A DNA stretch of 64,000 bases, from NCBI RefSeq assembly GCF_009914755.1, contig NC_060937.1, one strand, 5' to 3'. A model generated the notes under the pieces. That model ran no database searches and was not told the origin of the DNA. It worked only from the letters and a program-made list of their open reading frames with translations. This stretch comes from the human T2T-CHM13v2.0 reference genome, Homo sapiens. Shown piece by piece: positions 51,458 through 64,000 of this stretch (position 1 is the first letter of the stretch; each line of letters begins with the position of its first letter). The position numbers were made by a program, and so were the translations under genes.

Positions 51458-53676
51458 TGATATGGTTTGGCTGTTTTCCCACCCCGAACCTAATCTTGAA
51501 TTATAATCCCCACGTGTCAAAGGCAGGACCAGGTGGAAGTAACTGGATCATGGGGGCAGTTTCCCCCATGCTGTTGTCATGATAGTGAGTGAATCTCATG
51601 AGATCTCATGGTTTTATAAGTGTCTGGCATTTCCCCTGCTGGCACTCATTCTCTCTCCTGCCACCCTGTAAAGAGTTACCTTCTGCCATGATTGTAGGTT
51701 TCCTGAGGCCTCCCCAGCCATATGGAACTGTGAGTCAATTAAACTTATTTTCTTTATAAGTTACCCAGTCTTAGGTATTTCTTCATGGCAGTGTGAGAAC
51801 AGACTAATACAGTAAATCTGTACCTGGAGTGTGGCACTGCTATAAAGATACCCAGAAATGTGGAAGCGACTTTGAAGGTGGGTAACAGGCAGAGGCTGGA
51901 ACAGTTTGGAGGGCTCATAAAAAGACAGGAAAATGTGGGAAAGTTTGGAACTTCCTTGAGACTTGTTGAATAGCTTTGACAAAAATGCTGATAGTGATAT
52001 GGACAATGAAGTCCTGGCTGAAGTGGTCTCATATGAAGATGAGAAAATTGTTGGGAACTGGAATAAAAGTCACTCTTGCTATGCTTTGGCAAAGAGACTA
52101 GAGATCCGTGGAACTCTGAACTTGAGAAAGATGATTTAGGGTATCTGGCAGAAGAAATTTCTAAGCAGCAAAGCATTTAAGAGGTGACAGGGCATAAAAG
52201 ATTGAAAAATTTGCAGCCTGATGATGCAATAGAAAAAAAAGCTCATTTTCGGGGGAGAAATTCAAGCCAATGGCAGAAATTTGCATAAGTAATGAGAAGC
52301 CAAATGTTAATGCCCAAGACAATGGAGAAAATGTCTCCAGGGCATGTCAGAGAGCTTCACAGCATCTCCTCCCATCACAGGTCCAGAGGCTTAGGAGGGA
52401 AAAAATGGTTTCCTGGGCTGGGTGTAGGGCCCTCCTGCTGGGTGCAGCCTTGGGACTTGGTGTCCCAGCTGCTCCAGTCATGGTTAAAAGGGGCCAAGGT
52501 ACAGCTCTGGCCATTTCTTCAGAGGACGTAAGATTCCAGTATTGGCAGCTTCCACGTGGTGTTGGTCCTGTAGGTGCGCAGAAGATAAGAATTGAGGTTT
52601 GGAAACCTCCACCTAGAATTCAGAGAATGTATGGAAATGCCTGGATGTCCAGGAAGAAGTTTGCTGCAGGGGCAGTAGCTTCATGAAGAACCTCTGCTAG
52701 AGCAGTGTGGAAAGGCAACGTGGGGTCAGAGCCCCAACACAGAGTATCCACTGGGGCACTGCCAAGCAGATCTGTGAGAAGATGGCCATCGCTCTCCAGG
52801 CCCCAGAATGGTAGATCCACTAACACCTTGCATTACATGCCTGGGAAAGCCACAGTCACTCAACGCCAGCCCATGAAAACAGCCAGGAGGGGGCCTGTAC
52901 CCTGCATAGCCACATAGGCAGAGCTGCCCAAGGCCTTGGGAATCCATCTCTTGCATCAGTGTGACCCAGATGTGAGACATGGGGTCAAAGGAGATCATTT
53001 TACAACCTTAAGGTTTAATGACTACCCTGTTGGATTTCTGGCTTGGATGGGGCCTATAGCTCCTTTGTTTTGGCCACTTTCTACCATTTGAAATGGGTAT
53101 ATTTACCCAATGACTGTACCCCTATCATGTCTAGGAAGTAACTAACTTGCTTTCGATTGTACAGGCTCCTAAGTGGAATGGACTTGCCTTATCTCAGATG
53201 AAACTTTGGACTTGGACTTTTGGGTTAATGCTTGAATGGGCTAAGATTTTGGGGGACTGTTGGAAAGGCATGATTGTGTTTTGAAATGTGAGGACATGAG
53301 ATTTGGGAGGGGTTGGGGCAGAATGATATGGTTTGGCTGTGACCCCACCCAAAATCTCATCTTGAATTATAATCTCCATGTGTCAAGGGCAGGACCAGGT
53401 GGACGTAATTGGATTATGGGAGCAGTTTCCCCATGCTGTTCTCATGATAGTGAGTGAGTCTCTCGAGATCTGATGGTTTTTTAAGCATCTGGCATTTCCT
53501 CTGCTGGCACTCATTCTCTCTTCTGTCACCCTGTGAAGAGGTACCTTCCACCATGATTGTAAATTTCCTGAGGCCCCCTCAGTCATGCAGAACTATGAAT
53601 CAATTGAACCTCTTTTCTTTATAAATTACCCAGTCTTAGGTATTTCTTCATAGCAGGGTGAGAATGGACTAATACA
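51458..53676 (+). mobile_element. Full-length THE1 (THE1D-like) MaLR element: 5' LTR 51458-51811, internal region 51812-53323, 3' LTR 53324-53676
   Basis: Two similar LTRs (tgatatggtttggctg...gactaataca), polypurine tract gggaggggttggggcagaa before the 3' LTR, near-TSD ctagt/ctagc. Confidence 0.96.
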
Positions 53677-56212
53677 CTAGCCAATTAGTGGTCATCTAAA
53701 GTAGGAATCTTATTCTACTCCAAAGAGGGTTTGAAAAAGTCTCCAAGATCAATCATGAAATGGTTTATGGTATTCTTTGTGATTTATCAATAATTGAAAT
53801 CAATCTCAGTTTATCTTGCACCTACTTTCAGGTGTAGATTGATTAGTAGGTAGATAAAGAAATAGAAATCTTTCACACCTCTGGATACTGTGTCTCAAAA
53901 AGTATCTCAGTAATTTACCCAAAATAAAAGACTATATTTGCCGCAATAATTGGCAGACAGAAGTGTCAAGGGAAGGTATGTTGAATAATGATATAACAGC
54001 CATCTGTTTAAAGAGAAATTGGCAGTCTCATCCCATAAAAGGAGAAGTTATTTTCTGTGCCAAAAATTGGTCCCAGCAATGCACAAAAGACCCAGTAGTA
54101 CTGTGACTTTATTTCACATTTTAAAATGATGGACCTTTGCATTCTTAGGGGTTCTGTATACCCAGATCCTTCTGTAACACAATCAAGTTTAACTCAAGTG
54201 TTCATGTTTACTGATGGTGGTCTTACTGTATGTGTAACTGGCTTATTGAATTAACTGGGCTTCATAGGACATAAGCACAAGGTAATTCCTGTCATTCCAA
54301 AGATGACTCCTTTAAATCTATTCTCCCAGCTTATACCACATCCCCACTCCTCAATCCCTTAGATGAAATCTCAGCCATTTCTCATAGCTTTTCTGTCAGT
54401 TTCAGATAATAAACAATTTAATCCAGTCTAATAATCATATGACTCCAAACCATCTTTGTTAAATCTTCTATCCTCCCTCAGCTATATTTGGGGATATGCA
54501 GGTATGATGAAATGTCTTTATTTTCTTACCTAACTCTCTACTCTTTCTGATCACTCACTAGCCTTCATCTAGCTGCTCCAGAATTTGAGCTACTAAACAA
54601 ATGTGACACAGGACATATGGCAGAATGGCTTACTCAACTGGTGTAGGCCTTAAAGCCCTCTGAGTATGGAGGATTCCAAGTGGTTGGTCTACCTCTTTGT
54701 GGTTTTATGGGTTCCTGTTGCAGACCCCTCTCCTGTAAATACCTTAATATATGTGATGTTTTCAAGTTGGACACTTATAAGTCCATCCTCAGTCTCTTAT
54801 TTTCCATGGTTCATCCACTGTGGAACACTTGTTGCCTTTCCTGACATTCTTCGAGTGAAATTCCTTTCACAATGACCAATCTAATTTCCTCTAACTGGGT
54901 CTACAGTTGGTGCACGGAAAACATACTTTCATGGCTCCAGGGAAGTCTGCCATCAGAATAGCTCTTGCTTTTAGACTCTTCAGGTATAAGACAAGTATCC
55001 AGTATCATGCACTGCTGTTCAATGAATGCTAAGTACACCAAATCAAACTCCCTAAGAGATTTTCTTGACCCCACCCCCTCCAACTACCACTAGTGATTTG
55101 CCTTGAGTTGCAGGTAGAAGAAACACTACCACACACCATGAATATGAAAGAGAAACTAGATAAACATAATGCACACAGACAACATCTACTTTCTCTCTCC
55201 AGATCCTTTATCTCCACTCCTGGATTCTCCACTTTTTATCCATGGTTTAGAAGTAGGTTTGAGATAATGCTGGATGAACCAATTTGGGGCCATCCTCTTT
55301 GTTAGTCTTATCTAACAGTACAGTTTAGAGTATTTGCAAAATTGGTACTGATTTTATTCTTGAACTTTTGAACATATAAGCTTCCTTTTGTTAGTGATAA
55401 TAAGATGAATATTTTTCCTGCTTGTATTGGAGCAGTTAATTCTTTAACATTTAATGTAATTAACTAGTATAGTTGGGTTTAAATTTATTACCTTATTTAA
55501 AAACTGTTATTTGGGCTACTCTGTCCATCTTGCTTGTTCTAAATCTATATATTTACTTTCTTTTCTTTCCTTCATACATCTCATCCTTTCAATGTGAAGT
55601 TTTTGTGAGGCCTAAAGAATAAATTTAATTTTCTCTGGGTACATTTGTCTCATGTAATAACTTTATTTCACCTAGCTTTCATTAGGTGTGATTTTTTTTA
55701 TAGAAGTGAAATATTTGAAAATAAAAAGTGTGACAAAAATTAAATGCTCAGGATATATTAAAACAGTACATTTCATTAAATGTAATGTATATATTTTATA
55801 AAACATTAGTCGAATCTGCCATTTATAAGAAAAGAAGCCACTGTCCATTCAATTATGACAAAACACTGATTATAAGACTTTTTAAAAAGACTGATAAAAT
55901 ATGGTAATACCTTTTCTGGATTTATAAACTGGAAATGGTATAGTAAATCAGAAAGTGTATATTAAAATTATCAAAAATTTTCAAAATTATGTTCATATTT
56001 TCTTCTCAAGAAGCTAACATGAGAAAAAATTTTGATGAGCAGAGAAATGAAAACCATTTAATGTGAAATGCTTGATAAGAGTACATATTCCTAAAATATA
56101 TTATTTCTCAGTGTAATTAGGGCATCTGGGAGTCCCAAATGTAAATAAATTCACATTTATTTATATATACTTGGCCTTTGATTTCCCAATAATGGTATTA
56201 TGTGTTATTTTC

Positions 56213-56512
<300 letters not shown>

Positions 56513-56546
56513 TATATGTTATTTTCAGAAGCTTAAAATGCGGTTC

Positions 56547-56909
<363 letters not shown>

Positions 56910-57449
56910 CTACCGATTACCTCCAAAATTGCTGTCAGTGCCTTCAATTTGATGAGTTGCTTGGTATTCATAAGTTACTTGCTGCTGTAGCTCTGAGGAG
57001 TGAGGCCATGTCTCAATACATCTCTTATTATTCTGATCTCTGAGACTACTAGCCAGTCATTTGTTGCCACAGTGTCTAATAGCAACTAAAGTAAAGCACT
57101 AATGAGAGGAAGCCTTTGAGATATAGAGTGTAAAGAGAGAAGAGTACTCAACCAACATAAGAATGAGAGAATGAATGAATGTGTACCAGGTGGAGGGCGG
57201 AAGTCTGATTGCTAAATAGAAATGATATAAAAGAAGCACAAAATGTGGTTCTCAGATGTTTGCAGGAAGTGAAGCAAAGCAAACATAAATATGGTAAAAA
57301 TAAGAAAAGATATAGAAGTGAATAATTTATGTCCATTGAAGGTAGTGATCATATCTTGTTTGCCTTTGTAGTATCAGCAACCATCAATGTCCATGGCACA
57401 GAGTAGAAATTCAGTTCATTAATGAAGAATAAAAAAGAATAGAGTCTTA

Positions 57450-60400
57450 GGGATTCCAAACCAACATATAAAGAGCTTGGAAGTTGTCACTCCTGTCCTC
57501 ATAACAAGAAAAATGCTGAAAAAACTGAAAATCAACAGCCCTTCTAAGATCCATCAGACAGTTCGGTACATGGAGCAAACCACCGCCACAAAACTGGAGA
57601 GACAGGCAGGTAAGAGTCACAGCTTACCTTTAGCAGAGGCCCAGGCGTGGAAGCCCACAGCTGAAGCCAGTATCAGTAGGAACACTTTAAACTCTCATTT
57701 ATAAAAGGCTGGAGGCTCAGTGTGAACTAGCCTGAAAGTTAAAAACGTTCATGGGGTCCAACCTTAGGGCCCCCCACAACTTTGAGAGTTTTATCTTCCT
57801 CCAAACGCCCTACCAGGTTCTTACTGTGAAAATCTGAGAAAACTCCTCACCTGCTTCCAGCAAGAGAAGGGGAAATGCAACCATTCTGAAATATGCCCAG
57901 AGTTTCCTGTTATCCTTAACCAAGGCTGAACCTTAGGGAAAACTGCTCTATCAGCACCTAACTAACTGGGGTTTTACCCAAATCTAACCAACCTAGGGAA
58001 AGGGAAATACCAACTCAGCCTCACTAAAAAAAGCGATAATGCCTCTCTGCCCTGCACCCTTTACTACCACATCAATAGAGCTCCTGTATGATAACAGGGG
58101 ATTTTAGCTTAGAAAACCTGCAAGCCTCAGAGTCGATTTAAAAAGTATCTAGGAAAACTCAAAGACAACAGTGGAGATGAAAACAAGCACATTACAGAAA
58201 ATTTCAGCCTCTGATATTGCAACTAAAGGAAACAGGAAAAACAGTCCCACTCCCAGCCAGATAAACATAAAATCTCATACAAAAGTCCTATCTACCTCAG
58301 TCCCAAGGAAGAGGGTGTTTCGTGTTCAATAGCAAATGACGAGGCATGCTAACTGGCAAAAAATACAGCCTGAAGAGACAACAAACCACATTCAGATATG
58401 GCAGAGACTTTGGGATGATCAGACCAGAAATTAAAAATAACTATGATTAATAAGCTAAGGACTCTAATGGAACAAGTGGACAACAGGTAAGAAGAGATGG
58501 GTAATGTAAGCAGAGAGATGGAAACTCTAAAAATAATTAAAGGAAATTCTAGAAATTAAAAAAAAAAACACTCAGAACACCTCAGAAACGGAGAACACCT
58601 CAGTGGACATGGTCATGGACATCGGACATAGCCAAGGAAAGAATCAGTGAGAAGATATGTCAATAGAAACTTTCAAAATGAAATACAAAATGGGAGAAAG
58701 AATGAAAAAGATGGAACAGAGTATCCAAGGTGGGACATTTAAAAAAGGTACAACAGGCTGGGCGCAGTGGCTCACGCCTGTAATCCCAGCACTTTGGGAG
58801 GCCAAGGCGGGTGAATCACGAGGTCAGGAGTTCGAGACCAGCCTGGCCAACATGGTGAAACCCCATCTCTACTAAAAATACAAAAAATTAGTTGGGCATG
58901 GTGGCGGATGCCTGTGATCCCAGTTACTCCGAGGCTGAGGTAGAAGAATCACTTGGACCCGGGAGGCGGAGGTTGCAGTGAGCCAAGATTATGCCACTGC
59001 ACTCCAGCCTGGGTGATAGAGTGAGAATCTGTCTCAAAAAAAAAAAGTGCAACATATGCATAATGAAAATATCAGAAGGAGAAGAAAGAAAAAAAAAAAA
59101 ACAAAACAAAAATATTTAAAATAATAATGGCTGAGAATTTTCCAAAATTAATCAGATTCAGAAAGTGCAGGGACCACCAAGCAGAATAAATACCAAAAAA
59201 GTGACACCAAGGCATATCATGAATAAACTGCAGAAAATCAAAGACAAAGAAAACCTTGAAAGAAGTCAGAGGAAAAAACATTTGCCTATAGAGGAACAGG
59301 ATAGGAATTACATTGGACTTCTCAGAAACCACGCAAGGATGAAGAGAGTGCAGTGACATATTTAAAGTTTTCAAAGAAAAAACCCACCAACCTAGAATTA
59401 TGTATCCAGCAAAACTGTCCTTCAAAAGAGAAAGGGAAATAAAGACTTTCTCAGACAAACAAAAATTGAGGGAATTTGACACCAGTAGGCATGCCTGGCA
59501 AGAAATGTTCAAACAATTTTTGAGAAAGAAGAAAATTGATGTAGGTCAGATACTCAGATCTACATAAAGGAAGGAATTAGGTAAGGAATAAATGAAGGTA
59601 AAATAAAATCTTTTATTTTCTTATTGTTATTTTATTTAACTGATAACAGTTTGTTCAAAAGAATAATAGCAACAATGTATTCAGTGATTATTGCTTATAT
59701 AAGTGAAATGAATGACATTAATGTTTAAGGGACAGCAGAAAGGAATTCAAAATACTCTGTTATGATGACTGGTACTACCTATGAAGTATGTCAATGTTAT
59801 TTGAAAGAAGACTTGGATATAGTCATAAATATATATTGCAAACACAAGGGGTACCACTAAAGCATAAAAAAGAAGTATAATTGATATGCTAAAAGGATAA
59901 AAAGATGGAATTATATAACATGCTCAGTTGAAACCGGAGAGGGAAAGAGAGTGGGGCAGAGAGAGAGAGAAAGAGAGAGAGGTAAGGGGGAATTAATAGA
60001 AAACAGTTACAAATATTATAGATATTAATACAAATATATTCATAATCACTTTAAATATCAATGGTCTAATCCTTATACCTATTAAAGACAGAGACTGTCA
60101 GAGTAGGTAATAAAAAAAACAAGACCTAACTATATTCTTTCTATGAGAAACCCACTTTAAGTATAAAGCCACAAATAGATTAAAAATAAAGGGATGGAGA
60201 AAGATATATTATGCTAATACCCATCAAAAGAAAGCTGAAGTAACAGTATTAATTACAGACAAGGCTGACTTCAGGGCAAGGGAAATAATCAGGGATAAAG
60301 AGGGGCATTGCATAATGATAAAGGGGTCAATTCTCCAAGAAGACATGACAATCCTTAATGCATATGTACCTAAAAACAGAGTTTAAAAAAATGTGAGACA

Positions 60401-60830
60401 AAATCTGATAAAAGTGCAAGAAGAAATAATTGAATTAACTATAATAGTTGGTACAGTTGGAGAATTTAATACTGTCTTTAGGTAATTGACAGATCTAGCA
60501 AGCAGAAAATCATAAGGATGTAATGAACCAAACAGCACCATCTATCAGCTGGATCTAACTGACATTCAACTATAGTAGAATTCACATTTTTTTCAAGCTC
60601 ACAAGAAACAGTGACCAAAACAGACCAAATACTGGGCCATAAAGTATAGGCCATTAGTATGTGTGAGATGCAGCAAAAACAGTACTTAGAGGGAAATATA
60701 TAGTAATGAATATTTATATTAGAAAAAAATCTAAGATCAATAATCTAGGCTTCTACCTTAAGAAATTAGAAAAAAGATGAGTACATTAAATCCAGAGTAG
60801 GGAAAAGAAAAGAAATAAGAGATTTGGCAT
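57450..60830 (+). mobile_element. L1MC/MD-like 5' UTR, ORF1 and ORF2 endonuclease remnants
   Basis: Frame 59165-59356 (PSRINTKKVTPRHIMNKLQKIKDKE) is L1 ORF1p-like; 60040-60650 resembles the ORF2 endonuclease start (ataatcactttaaatatcaatggtctaa). Confidence 0.85.
58756..59046 (+). mobile_element. AluS (Sg-like) inserted in L1 ORF1
   Basis: atcacgaggtcaggagttcgagaccagcctggcc; near-TSD aaaaaggtacaaca/aaaaaagtgcaaca. Confidence 0.95.
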
Positions 60831-61064
60831 ATATTGCATTCGTAAGAAGTACCATTACAAAGAACATTGAGGTAAAAAATTCCAAACGAAATTTTTACTG
60901 TATTTTAGAAAAAAGTTCAAATTCTGTATCTACCATTTCATATCTTGATAGCATAAAAAAATTCATCAAATCCCTCTGAGATTCAATTTTCTCATTTCAT
61001 GTTTATTGCAAGAAATAAGTTTAAAAACTCATGAAAAACAGTACATTAAGCATTCTAAAATGGC

Positions 61065-61339
61065 AGAAGTTGATTAAGGGGTACAAAAATACAATTAGAT
61101 AGAAGGAATAAGTTTTAGTATTCAATAGTACAACATGGAAATTATACTTAACAATAATTTATTGTATATTTCAAAATAGCTAGAAGAGAAGAATCGCAAT
61201 GTTCCCAACACAAAAAAAGATAAATATTTGAGGTGATGGATATCCCAGTTACCCTGATTTGACCTCTGCACATTGTATACAGGTATCAAAATAGCACATG
61301 TACCCCCAAAATATGTACAACTATTATACATCCATAAAA
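61065..61339 (+). mobile_element. L1MA 3' end
   Basis: gggtacaaaaatacaattagatagaaggaataag...gaggtgatggatatcccagttaccctgatttga. Confidence 0.9.
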
Positions 61340-61356
61340 GTGGTAGGGGTTGTCTT

Positions 61357-61431
61357 CATCACCAATCTCATCATCATCATCACCACCACTGCCATTACCA
61401 CCATCAGCACCATAATCATCATCACATCACA
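61357..61431. repeat. Degenerate (CAT/CAC)n repeat
   Basis: Read directly. Confidence 0.85.
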
Positions 61432-63190
61432 ATAAAATGTGCGTTGATGGAAAATATTGAACATACAAAGATAAATGAAGCCTGGTTAGATAAAAAGGTT
61501 AATTGTGGAATCCACAAGAGAATCTCCCTATTTGTTGGAGAATCTGCTAAAAGACCACCTTCTTCAGGATGCTTTCTTAGGCACCTCTGTCCTGATATTG
61601 ATGACTTACCTTCTCCTGGTCCCGTCTGCCTTTGTGCTGTCATGGCCCACAGTGACCCAGAGGTCAGCCACTTCATCTCTTTATGTTCTGCTACACAATT
61701 CCACTCACACACATTAGTTTATGAAAGATTTTGTAATAGAAAAAGAGGCTGATATGATATGCCTTCCAGAAAACAAAAAGAAAATTCTTATTAGACATTT
61801 CTGTTCTGTCAAGGTGCTTCTTAGCAGCCCTGTCAAAGACAGTTTTGCTTTTGTACCTTTTTCCCTGACAAGTTCTCATTCCCTCTCCCTCTCTCAAGTT
61901 TCCCTTTATAAACCTCAAATTACTCTCTCACTGATGGATAGAGTCATTCAGCTGTCCTTGGATGTGTCTCTCAAATCTTGTATAACAGAACGTATAACTT
62001 GCACTCAAATAGTTTTCTTTTTCAGGATAGCTAATTTCTCCCTGCTTTGCAGTCTCTTTCTTGCCTGGTCTTGGATGAAATCCTAGGCTAGTCCTAAAGC
62101 TTTTCTAGGTACCTTACATTTTATTTTATTTATGTTAGCCCAATCTCCCAACAAAATTGTTCTCAACCAGATTAAAGCTTCCCTTTTCCCCCAAGCTAAA
62201 CCTGGCTTAGAATGGGAACACTCCGGTGGGGAAAGGGTTTACACTACCCTTCTTTGTGATTTCCTCAGGCAGCTCTTCTCACTGTGCAAACTCTTGCCCC
62301 TCCTCTGTTGGAGAGGTGGAGAGGGAGGAGAGGTAAGGTTCAGAAAGCTCTTGAATTTCCAGTTGGAATCTGACACTCATGCCTTCTAGGAGTGTCAGAT
62401 GCTCAATCGTTCCCTTGTCTGGCTGGGTACAGGGCAATCTGAGGGCTCTTCAGTAATCCCTAGTGGGAATCTTCCCCCGCCGCTTTATGATAGGTTGATG
62501 TCTCCTATGCTGACTGCCTACAACTCTCCATATGGTTCTGGACTCCTTCAGTCCATCCCTGCGAAGTCTGCATCATTCTTTGAAGCAGTCCTCATGGTCA
62601 AAGTCCCTCTGAAATGAGCCAAGTTCCCCACCTTTCTAGTCAGTTGAGATCTGGCCCACAGGAAATATAAGCTTTCTTGCTTTGGCCACACTCTGGGAGG
62701 TGTAGGCTACTCTGAGTGCAGCACTGTCTCTAAGCTGTGGAGCCCCAGGCTCCTCCAGTTGGCTTCTTTTAGACTGGTGTCACTATCACCCAGTGTGTAG
62801 GTGAAAGAGATAATACAATGCTCTGGCAATAGTCTCTGTAAAGAAATCCTCTTTACCAGCACACCTCCACCAGTTATGTCACCATTTATATCCTGGAAGT
62901 AACAATGGTCTATGATATACCAGACTGGATTTCGTGTCACCCCTTAGCAAATTGTGCATATATGTTTATGCACCACTCTTAAAAATGTGTGAGCAGTTAA
63001 CAAACACCAATTATCTTAATTTTAGGGCTTCATCTGACACAAAGGCTAGGATAGGATAACTCCAATTTGAACATCCCGTTTCATTGGCATATAAAAATCT
63101 ACTAGGGGAAAAGAAAATCCACCAGGATTCTCTCAGCAAAACTTAGACAGGAGTATAGATATCAATTATGTTCTTTGCATATACAGTAAT

Positions 63191-63562
63191 TGACACAGTT
63201 TGGATGTTTGTACCCTCCAAATCTCATTTAGAGATGCAATTCCCAGTGTTGGAGGTGAGGCCTGGTGGGAGGTGTTTGGGTTATGGGGGCAGATCCCTCA
63301 TGAATGGCTTGATGCCCTCCCCATAGTAATGAGTTCACCTAAGATCTGATTATTTAAAAAGGAGCCTGGCACATCTCTTTCTCTCTCTTGCTCCCTCTTT
63401 CACTATGTGAAGTGCCTGCTCCCCTTTGCCTTCTGCCGTGAGTAAAAACTTCCTGAGGCCTGGCAAAAACCAAGCAGATGCAGGCGCTATGCATCTTGAT
63501 AATCCTTTGTAAAGTATCCAGCCTCATGTATTCATTTACAGCAATGCAAACAGAGTAACACA
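63191..63562 (+). mobile_element. MST (MSTB-like) solo LTR
   Basis: tgacacagtttggatgtttgtaccctccaaatctca...gcaatgcaaacagagtaacaca; perfect TSD gtaat at 63186 and 63563. Confidence 0.92.
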
Positions 63563-64000
63563 GTAATTTAATGAATTGAGTTTCTATTTTTAAAACACTG
63601 TTTTTGTATTATTTTTCATTTCTTGTACTTTCTGTTGAATTATAAGTTCTTTGTGGGCATGCTGAAGAGATATAATCAATGAAAGAGTTGGAGAAGGTAG
63701 TTTACATGGTAAGAACCTTTCCCTATGGCACCTTCTCAATTCTAATGCCACACTTGCAGAGTCAGTAGGGTAAGGTCTCTTTCCTGGTTTCAATTTTCCT
63801 TAGCTCTATTTTCTAATGTCTAGAAGTATGAAGAATACTTCTATGAACACGTAATATCTCTTTTAAATTGATATTCTTTAAAAGATTTATAGTAAAAATA
63901 CCAGTGTAAACTAAAGACTTCACAGGCTCCTTTTAAAACCAAAACCTCAAAGTTTAATTGTTAGCTATAAAAAAATGACTTCAATCTCTTTTCATTTGCA

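Noticed and set aside
52270-52998. Several overlapping ORFs up to 138 aa
   Set aside because: They are fragments of the decayed THE1 internal region, not a host gene.
59072-59512. ORFs with L1 ORF1p similarity, and their antisense
   Set aside because: Disrupted L1 remnant with stops, frameshifts and an Alu insertion.
61273-61752. 159-aa ORF with a poly-His stretch
   Set aside because: It starts inside an L1MA 3' UTR and the His run is a translated (CAT/CAC)n repeat; no recognisable domain.

Overview
AT-rich, repeat-dense simian-primate (human-like) intergenic or intronic DNA. It carries AluJ/S copies, L1PA/L1MA/L1MB/L1MC/L1ME fragments, L2 and MIR, many MaLR LTRs (MLT1, THE1, MST, including one full-length THE1 element with both LTRs), ERV1/ERVL LTR pieces and DNA-transposon fossils (MADE1, MER3, MER5, MER30, MER1B, MER53, and a ~1.4 kb hAT fossil with a readable transposase C-terminal remnant). 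I find no supportable protein-coding gene, RNA gene or CRISPR array; the ORF-track entries look like chance or repeat-derived frames. The best regulatory candidates are a small CpG island at ~17.6-17.8 kb, a CTCF-like motif at 15.67 kb and a CpG-retaining unique block at ~14.1-14.5 kb. The most unusual directly visible structures are two locally templated insertions (an inverted ~170 bp copy at 3.9-4.1 kb and a direct ~190 bp copy at 50.9 kb from 54.2 kb), a twin-primed L1PA in a three-layer L1 nest, a head-to-head Alu pair ~35 bp apart, and an Alu whose 3' end is replaced by a purine/pyrimidine tract. I see no evidence of a novel multi-gene system. Repeat family names come from recalled consensus sequences without alignment, and boundaries of old repeats are approximate.
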